Below the pieces are notes generated by a model, which saw only the letters and a list, made by a program, of their open reading frames with translations, made no database searches and had not been told where the DNA came from. From Giardia intestinalis (taxonomy: Eukaryota): DNA of 64,000 nucleotides. Of this stretch, positions 30,101 through 42,100 are shown piece by piece (positions within the stretch are counted from its first letter, which is position 1; each line of letters starts with the position of its first letter). The stretch is taken from NCBI GenBank assembly GCA_000002435.2, contig CM018793.1; one strand, 5' to 3'. The translations under genes and the position numbers were made by a program.

Positions 30101-33100
30101 NNNNNNNNNNNNNNNNNNNNNNNNNNNNNNNNNNNNNNNNNNNNNNNNNNNNNNNNNNNNNNNNNNNNNNNNNNNNNNNNNNNNNNNNNNNNNNNNNNNN
30201 NNNNNNNNNNNNNNNNNNNNNNNNNNNNNNNNNNNNNNNNNNNNNNNNNNNNNNNNNNNNNNNNNNNNNNNNNNNNNNNNNNNNNNNNNNNNNNNNNNNN
30301 NNNNNNNNNNNNNNNNNNNNNNNNNNNNNNNNNNNNNNNNNNNNNNNNNNNNNNNNNNNNNNNNNNNNNNNNNNNNNNNNNNNNNNNNNNNNNNNNNNNN
30401 NNNNNNNNNNNNNNNNNNNNNNNNNNNNNNNNNNNNNNNNNNNNNNNNNNNNNNNNNNNNNNNNNNNNNNNNNNNNNNNNNNNNNNNNNNNNNNNNNNNN
30501 NNNNNNNNNNNNNNNNNNNNNNNNNNNNNNNNNNNNNNNNNNNNNNNNNNNNNNNNNNNNNNNNNNNNNNNNNNNNNNNNNNNNNNNNNNNNNNNNNNNN
30601 NNNNNNNNNNNNNNNNNNNNNNNNNNNNNNNNNNNNNNNNNNNNNNNNNNNNNNNNNNNNNNNNNNNNNNNNNNNNNNNNNNNNNNNNNNNNNNNNNNNN
30701 NNNNNNNNNNNNNNNNNNNNNNNNNNNNNNNNNNNNNNNNNNNNNNNNNNNNNNNNNNNNNNNNNNNNNNNNNNNNNNNNNNNNNNNNNNNNNNNNNNNN
30801 NNNNNNNNNNNNNNNNNNNNNNNNNNNNNNNNNNNNNNNNNNNNNNNNNNNNNNNNNNNNNNNNNNNNNNNNNNNNNNNNNNNNNNNNNNNNNNNNNNNN
30901 NNNNNNNNNNNNNNNNNNNNNNNNNNNNNNNNNNNNNNNNNNNNNNNNNNNNNNNNNNNNNNNNNNNNNNNNNNNNNNNNNNNNNNNNNNNNNNNNNNNN
31001 NNNNNNNNNNNNNNNNNNNNNNNNNNNNNNNNNNNNNNNNNNNNNNNNNNNNNNNNNNNNNNNNNNNNNNNNNNNNNNNNNNNNNNNNNNNNNNNNNNNN
31101 NNNNNNNNNNNNNNNNNNNNNNNNNNNNNNNNNNNNNNNNNNNNNNNNNNNNNNNNNNNNNNNNNNNNNNNNNNNNNNNNNNNNNNNNNNNNNNNNNNNN
31201 NNNNNNNNNNNNNNNNNNNNNNNNNNNNNNNNNNNNNNNNNNNNNNNNNNNNNNNNNNNNNNNNNNNNNNNNNNNNNNNNNNNNNNNNNNNNNNNNNNNN
31301 NNNNNNNNNNNNNNNNNNNNNNNNNNNNNNNNNNNNNNNNNNNNNNNNNNNNNNNNNNNNNNNNNNNNNNNNNNNNNNNNNNNNNNNNNNNNNNNNNNNN
31401 NNNNNNNNNNNNNNNNNNNNNNNNNNNNNNNNNNNNNNNNNNNNNNNNNNNNNNNNNNNNNNNNNNNNNNNNNNNNNNNNNNNNNNNNNNNNNNNNNNNN
31501 NNNNNNNNNNNNNNNNNNNNNNNNNNNNNNNNNNNNNNNNNNNNNNNNNNNNNNNNNNNNNNNNNNNNNNNNNNNNNNNNNNNNNNNNNNNNNNNNNNNN
31601 NNNNNNNNNNNNNNNNNNNNNNNNNNNNNNNNNNNNNNNNNNNNNNNNNNNNNNNNNNNNNNNNNNNNNNNNNNNNNNNNNNNNNNNNNNNNNNNNNNNN
31701 NNNNNNNNNNNNNNNNNNNNNNNNNNNNNNNNNNNNNNNNNNNNNNNNNNNNNNNNNNNNNNNNNNNNNNNNNNNNNNNNNNNNNNNNNNNNNNNNNNNN
31801 NNNNNNNNNNNNNNNNNNNNNNNNNNNNNNNNNNNNNNNNNNNNNNNNNNNNNNNNNNNNNNNNNNNNNNNNNNNNNNNNNNNNNNNNNNNNNNNNNNNN
31901 NNNNNNNNNNNNNNNNNNNNNNNNNNNNNNNNNNNNNNNNNNNNNNNNNNNNNNNNNNNNNNNNNNNNNNNNNNNNNNNNNNNNNNNNNNNNNNNNNNNN
32001 NNNNNNNNNNNNNNNNNNNNNNNNNNNNNNNNNNNNNNNNNNNNNNNNNNNNNNNNNNNNNNNNNNNNNNNNNNNNNNNNNNNNNNNNNNNNNNNNNNNN
32101 NNNNNNNNNNNNNNNNNNNNNNNNNNNNNNNNNNNNNNNNNNNNNNNNNNNNNNNNNNNNNNNNNNNNNNNNNNNNNNNNNNNNNNNNNNNNNNNNNNNN
32201 NNNNNNNNNNNNNNNNNNNNNNNNNNNNNNNNNNNNNNNNNNNNNNNNNNNNNNNNNNNNNNNNNNNNNNNNNNNNNNNNNNNNNNNNNNNNNNNNNNNN
32301 NNNNNNNNNNNNNNNNNNNNNNNNNNNNNNNNNNNNNNNNNNNNNNNNNNNNNNNNNNNNNNNNNNNNNNNNNNNNNNNNNNNNNNNNNNNNNNNNNNNN
32401 NNNNNNNNNNNNNNNNNNNNNNNNNNNNNNNNNNNNNNNNNNNNNNNNNNNNNNNNNNNNNNNNNNNNNNNNNNNNNNNNNNNNNNNNNNNNNNNNNNNN
32501 NNNNNNNNNNNNNNNNNNNNNNNNNNNNNNNNNNNNNNNNNNNNNNNNNNNNNNNNNNNNNNNNNNNNNNNNNNNNNNNNNNNNNNNNNNNNNNNNNNNN
32601 NNNNNNNNNNNNNNNNNNNNNNNNNNNNNNNNNNNNNNNNNNNNNNNNNNNNNNNNNNNNNNNNNNNNNNNNNNNNNNNNNNNNNNNNNNNNNNNNNNNN
32701 NNNNNNNNNNNNNNNNNNNNNNNNNNNNNNNNNNNNNNNNNNNNNNNNNNNNNNNNNNNNNNNNNNNNNNNNNNNNNNNNNNNNNNNNNNNNNNNNNNNN
32801 NNNNNNNNNNNNNNNNNNNNNNNNNNNNNNNNNNNNNNNNNNNNNNNNNNNNNNNNNNNNNNNNNNNNNNNNNNNNNNNNNNNNNNNNNNNNNNNNNNNN
32901 NNNNNNNNNNNNNNNNNNNNNNNNNNNNNNNNNNNNNNNNNNNNNNNNNNNNNNNNNNNNNNNNNNNNNNNNNNNNNNNNNNNNNNNNNNNNNNNNNNNN
33001 NNNNNNNNNNNNNNNNNNNNNNNNNNNNNNNNNNNNNNNNNNNNNNNNNNNNNNNNNNNNNNNNNNNNNNNNNNNNNNNNNNNNNNNNNNNNNNNNNNNN

Positions 33101-36100
33101 NNNNNNNNNNNNNNNNNNNNNNNNNNNNNNNNNNNNNNNNNNNNNNNNNNNNNNNNNNNNNNNNNNNNNNNNNNNNNNNNNNNNNNNNNNNNNNNNNNNN
33201 NNNNNNNNNNNNNNNNNNNNNNNNNNNNNNNNNNNNNNNNNNNNNNNNNNNNNNNNNNNNNNNNNNNNNNNNNNNNNNNNNNNNNNNNNNNNNNNNNNNN
33301 NNNNNNNNNNNNNNNNNNNNNNNNNNNNNNNNNNNNNNNNNNNNNNNNNNNNNNNNNNNNNNNNNNNNNNNNNNNNNNNNNNNNNNNNNNNNNNNNNNNN
33401 NNNNNNNNNNNNNNNNNNNNNNNNNNNNNNNNNNNNNNNNNNNNNNNNNNNNNNNNNNNNNNNNNNNNNNNNNNNNNNNNNNNNNNNNNNNNNNNNNNNN
33501 NNNNNNNNNNNNNNNNNNNNNNNNNNNNNNNNNNNNNNNNNNNNNNNNNNNNNNNNNNNNNNNNNNNNNNNNNNNNNNNNNNNNNNNNNNNNNNNNNNNN
33601 NNNNNNNNNNNNNNNNNNNNNNNNNNNNNNNNNNNNNNNNNNNNNNNNNNNNNNNNNNNNNNNNNNNNNNNNNNNNNNNNNNNNNNNNNNNNNNNNNNNN
33701 NNNNNNNNNNNNNNNNNNNNNNNNNNNNNNNNNNNNNNNNNNNNNNNNNNNNNNNNNNNNNNNNNNNNNNNNNNNNNNNNNNNNNNNNNNNNNNNNNNNN
33801 NNNNNNNNNNNNNNNNNNNNNNNNNNNNNNNNNNNNNNNNNNNNNNNNNNNNNNNNNNNNNNNNNNNNNNNNNNNNNNNNNNNNNNNNNNNNNNNNNNNN
33901 NNNNNNNNNNNNNNNNNNNNNNNNNNNNNNNNNNNNNNNNNNNNNNNNNNNNNNNNNNNNNNNNNNNNNNNNNNNNNNNNNNNNNNNNNNNNNNNNNNNN
34001 NNNNNNNNNNNNNNNNNNNNNNNNNNNNNNNNNNNNNNNNNNNNNNNNNNNNNNNNNNNNNNNNNNNNNNNNNNNNNNNNNNNNNNNNNNNNNNNNNNNN
34101 NNNNNNNNNNNNNNNNNNNNNNNNNNNNNNNNNNNNNNNNNNNNNNNNNNNNNNNNNNNNNNNNNNNNNNNNNNNNNNNNNNNNNNNNNNNNNNNNNNNN
34201 NNNNNNNNNNNNNNNNNNNNNNNNNNNNNNNNNNNNNNNNNNNNNNNNNNNNNNNNNNNNNNNNNNNNNNNNNNNNNNNNNNNNNNNNNNNNNNNNNNNN
34301 NNNNNNNNNNNNNNNNNNNNNNNNNNNNNNNNNNNNNNNNNNNNNNNNNNNNNNNNNNNNNNNNNNNNNNNNNNNNNNNNNNNNNNNNNNNNNNNNNNNN
34401 NNNNNNNNNNNNNNNNNNNNNNNNNNNNNNNNNNNNNNNNNNNNNNNNNNNNNNNNNNNNNNNNNNNNNNNNNNNNNNNNNNNNNNNNNNNNNNNNNNNN
34501 NNNNNNNNNNNNNNNNNNNNNNNNNNNNNNNNNNNNNNNNNNNNNNNNNNNNNNNNNNNNNNNNNNNNNNNNNNNNNNNNNNNNNNNNNNNNNNNNNNNN
34601 NNNNNNNNNNNNNNNNNNNNNNNNNNNNNNNNNNNNNNNNNNNNNNNNNNNNNNNNNNNNNNNNNNNNNNNNNNNNNNNNNNNNNNNNNNNNNNNNNNNN
34701 NNNNNNNNNNNNNNNNNNNNNNNNNNNNNNNNNNNNNNNNNNNNNNNNNNNNNNNNNNNNNNNNNNNNNNNNNNNNNNNNNNNNNNNNNNNNNNNNNNNN
34801 NNNNNNNNNNNNNNNNNNNNNNNNNNNNNNNNNNNNNNNNNNNNNNNNNNNNNNNNNNNNNNNNNNNNNNNNNNNNNNNNNNNNNNNNNNNNNNNNNNNN
34901 NNNNNNNNNNNNNNNNNNNNNNNNNNNNNNNNNNNNNNNNNNNNNNNNNNNNNNNNNNNNNNNNNNNNNNNNNNNNNNNNNNNNNNNNNNNNNNNNNNNN
35001 NNNNNNNNNNNNNNNNNNNNNNNNNNNNNNNNNNNNNNNNNNNNNNNNNNNNNNNNNNNNNNNNNNNNNNNNNNNNNNNNNNNNNNNNNNNNNNNNNNNN
35101 NNNNNNNNNNNNNNNNNNNNNNNNNNNNNNNNNNNNNNNNNNNNNNNNNNNNNNNNNNNNNNNNNNNNNNNNNNNNNNNNNNNNNNNNNNNNNNNNNNNN
35201 NNNNNNNNNNNNNNNNNNNNNNNNNNNNNNNNNNNNNNNNNNNNNNNNNNNNNNNNNNNNNNNNNNNNNNNNNNNNNNNNNNNNNNNNNNNNNNNNNNNN
35301 NNNNNNNNNNNNNNNNNNNNNNNNNNNNNNNNNNNNNNNNNNNNNNNNNNNNNNNNNNNNNNNNNNNNNNNNNNNNNNNNNNNNNNNNNNNNNNNNNNNN
35401 NNNNNNNNNNNNNNNNNNNNNNNNNNNNNNNNNNNNNNNNNNNNNNNNNNNNNNNNNNNNNNNNNNNNNNNNNNNNNNNNNNNNNNNNNNNNNNNNNNNN
35501 NNNNNNNNNNNNNNNNNNNNNNNNNNNNNNNNNNNNNNNNNNNNNNNNNNNNNNNNNNNNNNNNNNNNNNNNNNNNNNNNNNNNNNNNNNNNNNNNNNNN
35601 NNNNNNNNNNNNNNNNNNNNNNNNNNNNNNNNNNNNNNNNNNNNNNNNNNNNNNNNNNNNNNNNNNNNNNNNNNNNNNNNNNNNNNNNNNNNNNNNNNNN
35701 NNNNNNNNNNNNNNNNNNNNNNNNNNNNNNNNNNNNNNNNNNNNNNNNNNNNNNNNNNNNNNNNNNNNNNNNNNNNNNNNNNNNNNNNNNNNNNNNNNNN
35801 NNNNNNNNNNNNNNNNNNNNNNNNNNNNNNNNNNNNNNNNNNNNNNNNNNNNNNNNNNNNNNNNNNNNNNNNNNNNNNNNNNNNNNNNNNNNNNNNNNNN
35901 NNNNNNNNNNNNNNNNNNNNNNNNNNNNNNNNNNNNNNNNNNNNNNNNNNNNNNNNNNNNNNNNNNNNNNNNNNNNNNNNNNNNNNNNNNNNNNNNNNNN
36001 NNNNNNNNNNNNNNNNNNNNNNNNNNNNNNNNNNNNNNNNNNNNNNNNNNNNNNNNNNNNNNNNNNNNNNNNNNNNNNNNNNNNNNNNNNNNNNNNNNNN

Positions 36101-39100
36101 NNNNNNNNNNNNNNNNNNNNNNNNNNNNNNNNNNNNNNNNNNNNNNNNNNNNNNNNNNNNNNNNNNNNNNNNNNNNNNNNNNNNNNNNNNNNNNNNNNNN
36201 NNNNNNNNNNNNNNNNNNNNNNNNNNNNNNNNNNNNNNNNNNNNNNNNNNNNNNNNNNNNNNNNNNNNNNNNNNNNNNNNNNNNNNNNNNNNNNNNNNNN
36301 NNNNNNNNNNNNNNNNNNNNNNNNNNNNNNNNNNNNNNNNNNNNNNNNNNNNNNNNNNNNNNNNNNNNNNNNNNNNNNNNNNNNNNNNNNNNNNNNNNNN
36401 NNNNNNNNNNNNNNNNNNNNNNNNNNNNNNNNNNNNNNNNNNNNNNNNNNNNNNNNNNNNNNNNNNNNNNNNNNNNNNNNNNNNNNNNNNNNNNNNNNNN
36501 NNNNNNNNNNNNNNNNNNNNNNNNNNNNNNNNNNNNNNNNNNNNNNNNNNNNNNNNNNNNNNNNNNNNNNNNNNNNNNNNNNNNNNNNNNNNNNNNNNNN
36601 NNNNNNNNNNNNNNNNNNNNNNNNNNNNNNNNNNNNNNNNNNNNNNNNNNNNNNNNNNNNNNNNNNNNNNNNNNNNNNNNNNNNNNNNNNNNNNNNNNNN
36701 NNNNNNNNNNNNNNNNNNNNNNNNNNNNNNNNNNNNNNNNNNNNNNNNNNNNNNNNNNNNNNNNNNNNNNNNNNNNNNNNNNNNNNNNNNNNNNNNNNNN
36801 NNNNNNNNNNNNNNNNNNNNNNNNNNNNNNNNNNNNNNNNNNNNNNNNNNNNNNNNNNNNNNNNNNNNNNNNNNNNNNNNNNNNNNNNNNNNNNNNNNNN
36901 NNNNNNNNNNNNNNNNNNNNNNNNNNNNNNNNNNNNNNNNNNNNNNNNNNNNNNNNNNNNNNNNNNNNNNNNNNNNNNNNNNNNNNNNNNNNNNNNNNNN
37001 NNNNNNNNNNNNNNNNNNNNNNNNNNNNNNNNNNNNNNNNNNNNNNNNNNNNNNNNNNNNNNNNNNNNNNNNNNNNNNNNNNNNNNNNNNNNNNNNNNNN
37101 NNNNNNNNNNNNNNNNNNNNNNNNNNNNNNNNNNNNNNNNNNNNNNNNNNNNNNNNNNNNNNNNNNNNNNNNNNNNNNNNNNNNNNNNNNNNNNNNNNNN
37201 NNNNNNNNNNNNNNNNNNNNNNNNNNNNNNNNNNNNNNNNNNNNNNNNNNNNNNNNNNNNNNNNNNNNNNNNNNNNNNNNNNNNNNNNNNNNNNNNNNNN
37301 NNNNNNNNNNNNNNNNNNNNNNNNNNNNNNNNNNNNNNNNNNNNNNNNNNNNNNNNNNNNNNNNNNNNNNNNNNNNNNNNNNNNNNNNNNNNNNNNNNNN
37401 NNNNNNNNNNNNNNNNNNNNNNNNNNNNNNNNNNNNNNNNNNNNNNNNNNNNNNNNNNNNNNNNNNNNNNNNNNNNNNNNNNNNNNNNNNNNNNNNNNNN
37501 NNNNNNNNNNNNNNNNNNNNNNNNNNNNNNNNNNNNNNNNNNNNNNNNNNNNNNNNNNNNNNNNNNNNNNNNNNNNNNNNNNNNNNNNNNNNNNNNNNNN
37601 NNNNNNNNNNNNNNNNNNNNNNNNNNNNNNNNNNNNNNNNNNNNNNNNNNNNNNNNNNNNNNNNNNNNNNNNNNNNNNNNNNNNNNNNNNNNNNNNNNNN
37701 NNNNNNNNNNNNNNNNNNNNNNNNNNNNNNNNNNNNNNNNNNNNNNNNNNNNNNNNNNNNNNNNNNNNNNNNNNNNNNNNNNNNNNNNNNNNNNNNNNNN
37801 NNNNNNNNNNNNNNNNNNNNNNNNNNNNNNNNNNNNNNNNNNNNNNNNNNNNNNNNNNNNNNNNNNNNNNNNNNNNNNNNNNNNNNNNNNNNNNNNNNNN
37901 NNNNNNNNNNNNNNNNNNNNNNNNNNNNNNNNNNNNNNNNNNNNNNNNNNNNNNNNNNNNNNNNNNNNNNNNNNNNNNNNNNNNNNNNNNNNNNNNNNNN
38001 NNNNNNNNNNNNNNNNNNNNNNNNNNNNNNNNNNNNNNNNNNNNNNNNNNNNNNNNNNNNNNNNNNNNNNNNNNNNNNNNNNNNNNNNNNNNNNNNNNNN
38101 NNNNNNNNNNNNNNNNNNNNNNNNNNNNNNNNNNNNNNNNNNNNNNNNNNNNNNNNNNNNNNNNNNNNNNNNNNNNNNNNNNNNNNNNNNNNNNNNNNNN
38201 NNNNNNNNNNNNNNNNNNNNNNNNNNNNNNNNNNNNNNNNNNNNNNNNNNNNNNNNNNNNNNNNNNNNNNNNNNNNNNNNNNNNNNNNNNNNNNNNNNNN
38301 NNNNNNNNNNNNNNNNNNNNNNNNNNNNNNNNNNNNNNNNNNNNNNNNNNNNNNNNNNNNNNNNNNNNNNNNNNNNNNNNNNNNNNNNNNNNNNNNNNNN
38401 NNNNNNNNNNNNNNNNNNNNNNNNNNNNNNNNNNNNNNNNNNNNNNNNNNNNNNNNNNNNNNNNNNNNNNNNNNNNNNNNNNNNNNNNNNNNNNNNNNNN
38501 NNNNNNNNNNNNNNNNNNNNNNNNNNNNNNNNNNNNNNNNNNNNNNNNNNNNNNNNNNNNNNNNNNNNNNNNNNNNNNNNNNNNNNNNNNNNNNNNNNNN
38601 NNNNNNNNNNNNNNNNNNNNNNNNNNNNNNNNNNNNNNNNNNNNNNNNNNNNNNNNNNNNNNNNNNNNNNNNNNNNNNNNNNNNNNNNNNNNNNNNNNNN
38701 NNNNNNNNNNNNNNNNNNNNNNNNNNNNNNNNNNNNNNNNNNNNNNNNNNNNNNNNNNNNNNNNNNNNNNNNNNNNNNNNNNNNNNNNNNNNNNNNNNNN
38801 NNNNNNNNNNNNNNNNNNNNNNNNNNNNNNNNNNNNNNNNNNNNNNNNNNNNNNNNNNNNNNNNNNNNNNNNNNNNNNNNNNNNNNNNNNNNNNNNNNNN
38901 NNNNNNNNNNNNNNNNNNNNNNNNNNNNNNNNNNNNNNNNNNNNNNNNNNNNNNNNNNNNNNNNNNNNNNNNNNNNNNNNNNNNNNNNNNNNNNNNNNNN
39001 NNNNNNNNNNNNNNNNNNNNNNNNNNNNNNNNNNNNNNNNNNNNNNNNNNNNNNNNNNNNNNNNNNNNNNNNNNNNNNNNNNNNNNNNNNNNNNNNNNNN

Positions 39101-42100
39101 NNNNNNNNNNNNNNNNNNNNNNNNNNNNNNNNNNNNNNNNNNNNNNNNNNNNNNNNNNNNNNNNNNNNNNNNNNNNNNNNNNNNNNNNNNNNNNNNNNNN
39201 NNNNNNNNNNNNNNNNNNNNNNNNNNNNNNNNNNNNNNNNNNNNNNNNNNNNNNNNNNNNNNNNNNNNNNNNNNNNNNNNNNNNNNNNNNNNNNNNNNNN
39301 NNNNNNNNNNNNNNNNNNNNNNNNNNNNNNNNNNNNNNNNNNNNNNNNNNNNNNNNNNNNNNNNNNNNNNNNNNNNNNNNNNNNNNNNNNNNNNNNNNNN
39401 NNNNNNNNNNNNNNNNNNNNNNNNNNNNNNNNNNNNNNNNNNNNNNNNNNNNNNNNNNNNNNNNNNNNNNNNNNNNNNNNNNNNNNNNNNNNNNNNNNNN
39501 NNNNNNNNNNNNNNNNNNNNNNNNNNNNNNNNNNNNNNNNNNNNNNNNNNNNNNNNNNNNNNNNNNNNNNNNNNNNNNNNNNNNNNNNNNNNNNNNNNNN
39601 NNNNNNNNNNNNNNNNNNNNNNNNNNNNNNNNNNNNNNNNNNNNNNNNNNNNNNNNNNNNNNNNNNNNNNNNNNNNNNNNNNNNNNNNNNNNNNNNNNNN
39701 NNNNNNNNNNNNNNNNNNNNNNNNNNNNNNNNNNNNNNNNNNNNNNNNNNNNNNNNNNNNNNNNNNNNNNNNNNNNNNNNNNNNNNNNNNNNNNNNNNNN
39801 NNNNNNNNNNNNNNNNNNNNNNNNNNNNNNNNNNNNNNNNNNNNNNNNNNNNNNNNNNNNNNNNNNNNNNNNNNNNNNNNNNNNNNNNNNNNNNNNNNNN
39901 NNNNNNNNNNNNNNNNNNNNNNNNNNNNNNNNNNNNNNNNNNNNNNNNNNNNNNNNNNNNNNNNNNNNNNNNNNNNNNNNNNNNNNNNNNNNNNNNNNNN
40001 NNNNNNNNNNNNNNNNNNNNNNNNNNNNNNNNNNNNNNNNNNNNNNNNNNNNNNNNNNNNNNNNNNNNNNNNNNNNNNNNNNNNNNNNNNNNNNNNNNNN
40101 NNNNNNNNNNNNNNNNNNNNNNNNNNNNNNNNNNNNNNNNNNNNNNNNNNNNNNNNNNNNNNNNNNNNNNNNNNNNNNNNNNNNNNNNNNNNNNNNNNNN
40201 NNNNNNNNNNNNNNNNNNNNNNNNNNNNNNNNNNNNNNNNNNNNNNNNNNNNNNNNNNNNNNNNNNNNNNNNNNNNNNNNNNNNNNNNNNNNNNNNNNNN
40301 NNNNNNNNNNNNNNNNNNNNNNNNNNNNNNNNNNNNNNNNNNNNNNNNNNNNNNNNNNNNNNNNNNNNNNNNNNNNNNNNNNNNNNNNNNNNNNNNNNNN
40401 NNNNNNNNNNNNNNNNNNNNNNNNNNNNNNNNNNNNNNNNNNNNNNNNNNNNNNNNNNNNNNNNNNNNNNNNNNNNNNNNNNNNNNNNNNNNNNNNNNNN
40501 NNNNNNNNNNNNNNNNNNNNNNNNNNNNNNNNNNNNNNNNNNNNNNNNNNNNNNNNNNNNNNNNNNNNNNNNNNNNNNNNNNNNNNNNNNNNNNNNNNNN
40601 NNNNNNNNNNNNNNNNNNNNNNNNNNNNNNNNNNNNNNNNNNNNNNNNNNNNNNNNNNNNNNNNNNNNNNNNNNNNNNNNNNNNNNNNNNNNNNNNNNNN
40701 NNNNNNNNNNNNNNNNNNNNNNNNNNNNNNNNNNNNNNNNNNNNNNNNNNNNNNNNNNNNNNNNNNNNNNNNNNNNNNNNNNNNNNNNNNNNNNNNNNNN
40801 NNNNNNNNNNNNNNNNNNNNNNNNNNNNNNNNNNNNNNNNNNNNNNNNNNNNNNNNNNNNNNNNNNNNNNNNNNNNNNNNNNNNNNNNNNNNNNNNNNNN
40901 NNNNNNNNNNNNNNNNNNNNNNNNNNNNNNNNNNNNNNNNNNNNNNNNNNNNNNNNNNNNNNNNNNNNNNNNNNNNNNNNNNNNNNNNNNNNNNNNNNNN
41001 NNNNNNNNNNNNNNNNNNNNNNNNNNNNNNNNNNNNNNNNNNNNNNNNNNNNNNNNNNNNNNNNNNNNNNNNNNNNNNNNNNNNNNNNNNNNNNNNNNNN
41101 NNNNNNNNNNNNNNNNNNNNNNNNNNNNNNNNNNNNNNNNNNNNNNNNNNNNNNNNNNNNNNNNNNNNNNNNNNNNNNNNNNNNNNNNNNNNNNNNNNNN
41201 NNNNNNNNNNNNNNNNNNNNNNNNNNNNNNNNNNNNNNNNNNNNNNNNNNNNNNNNNNNNNNNNNNNNNNNNNNNNNNNNNNNNNNNNNNNNNNNNNNNN
41301 NNNNNNNNNNNNNNNNNNNNNNNNNNNNNNNNNNNNNNNNNNNNNNNNNNNNNNNNNNNNNNNNNNNNNNNNNNNNNNNNNNNNNNNNNNNNNNNNNNNN
41401 NNNNNNNNNNNNNNNNNNNNNNNNNNNNNNNNNNNNNNNNNNNNNNNNNNNNNNNNNNNNNNNNNNNNNNNNNNNNNNNNNNNNNNNNNNNNNNNNNNNN
41501 NNNNNNNNNNNNNNNNNNNNNNNNNNNNNNNNNNNNNNNNNNNNNNNNNNNNNNNNNNNNNNNNNNNNNNNNNNNNNNNNNNNNNNNNNNNNNNNNNNNN
41601 NNNNNNNNNNNNNNNNNNNNNNNNNNNNNNNNNNNNNNNNNNNNNNNNNNNNNNNNNNNNNNNNNNNNNNNNNNNNNNNNNNNNNNNNNNNNNNNNNNNN
41701 NNNNNNNNNNNNNNNNNNNNNNNNNNNNNNNNNNNNNNNNNNNNNNNNNNNNNNNNNNNNNNNNNNNNNNNNNNNNNNNNNNNNNNNNNNNNNNNNNNNN
41801 NNNNNNNNNNNNNNNNNNNNNNNNNNNNNNNNNNNNNNNNNNNNNNNNNNNNNNNNNNNNNNNNNNNNNNNNNNNNNNNNNNNNNNNNNNNNNNNNNNNN
41901 NNNNNNNNNNNNNNNNNNNNNNNNNNNNNNNNNNNNNNNNNNNNNNNNNNNNNNNNNNNNNNNNNNNNNNNNNNNNNNNNNNNNNNNNNNNNNNNNNNNN
42001 NNNNNNNNNNNNNNNNNNNNNNNNNNNNNNNNNNNNNNNNNNNNNNNNNNNNNNNNNNNNNNNNNNNNNNNNNNNNNNNNNNNNNNNNNNNNNNNNNNNN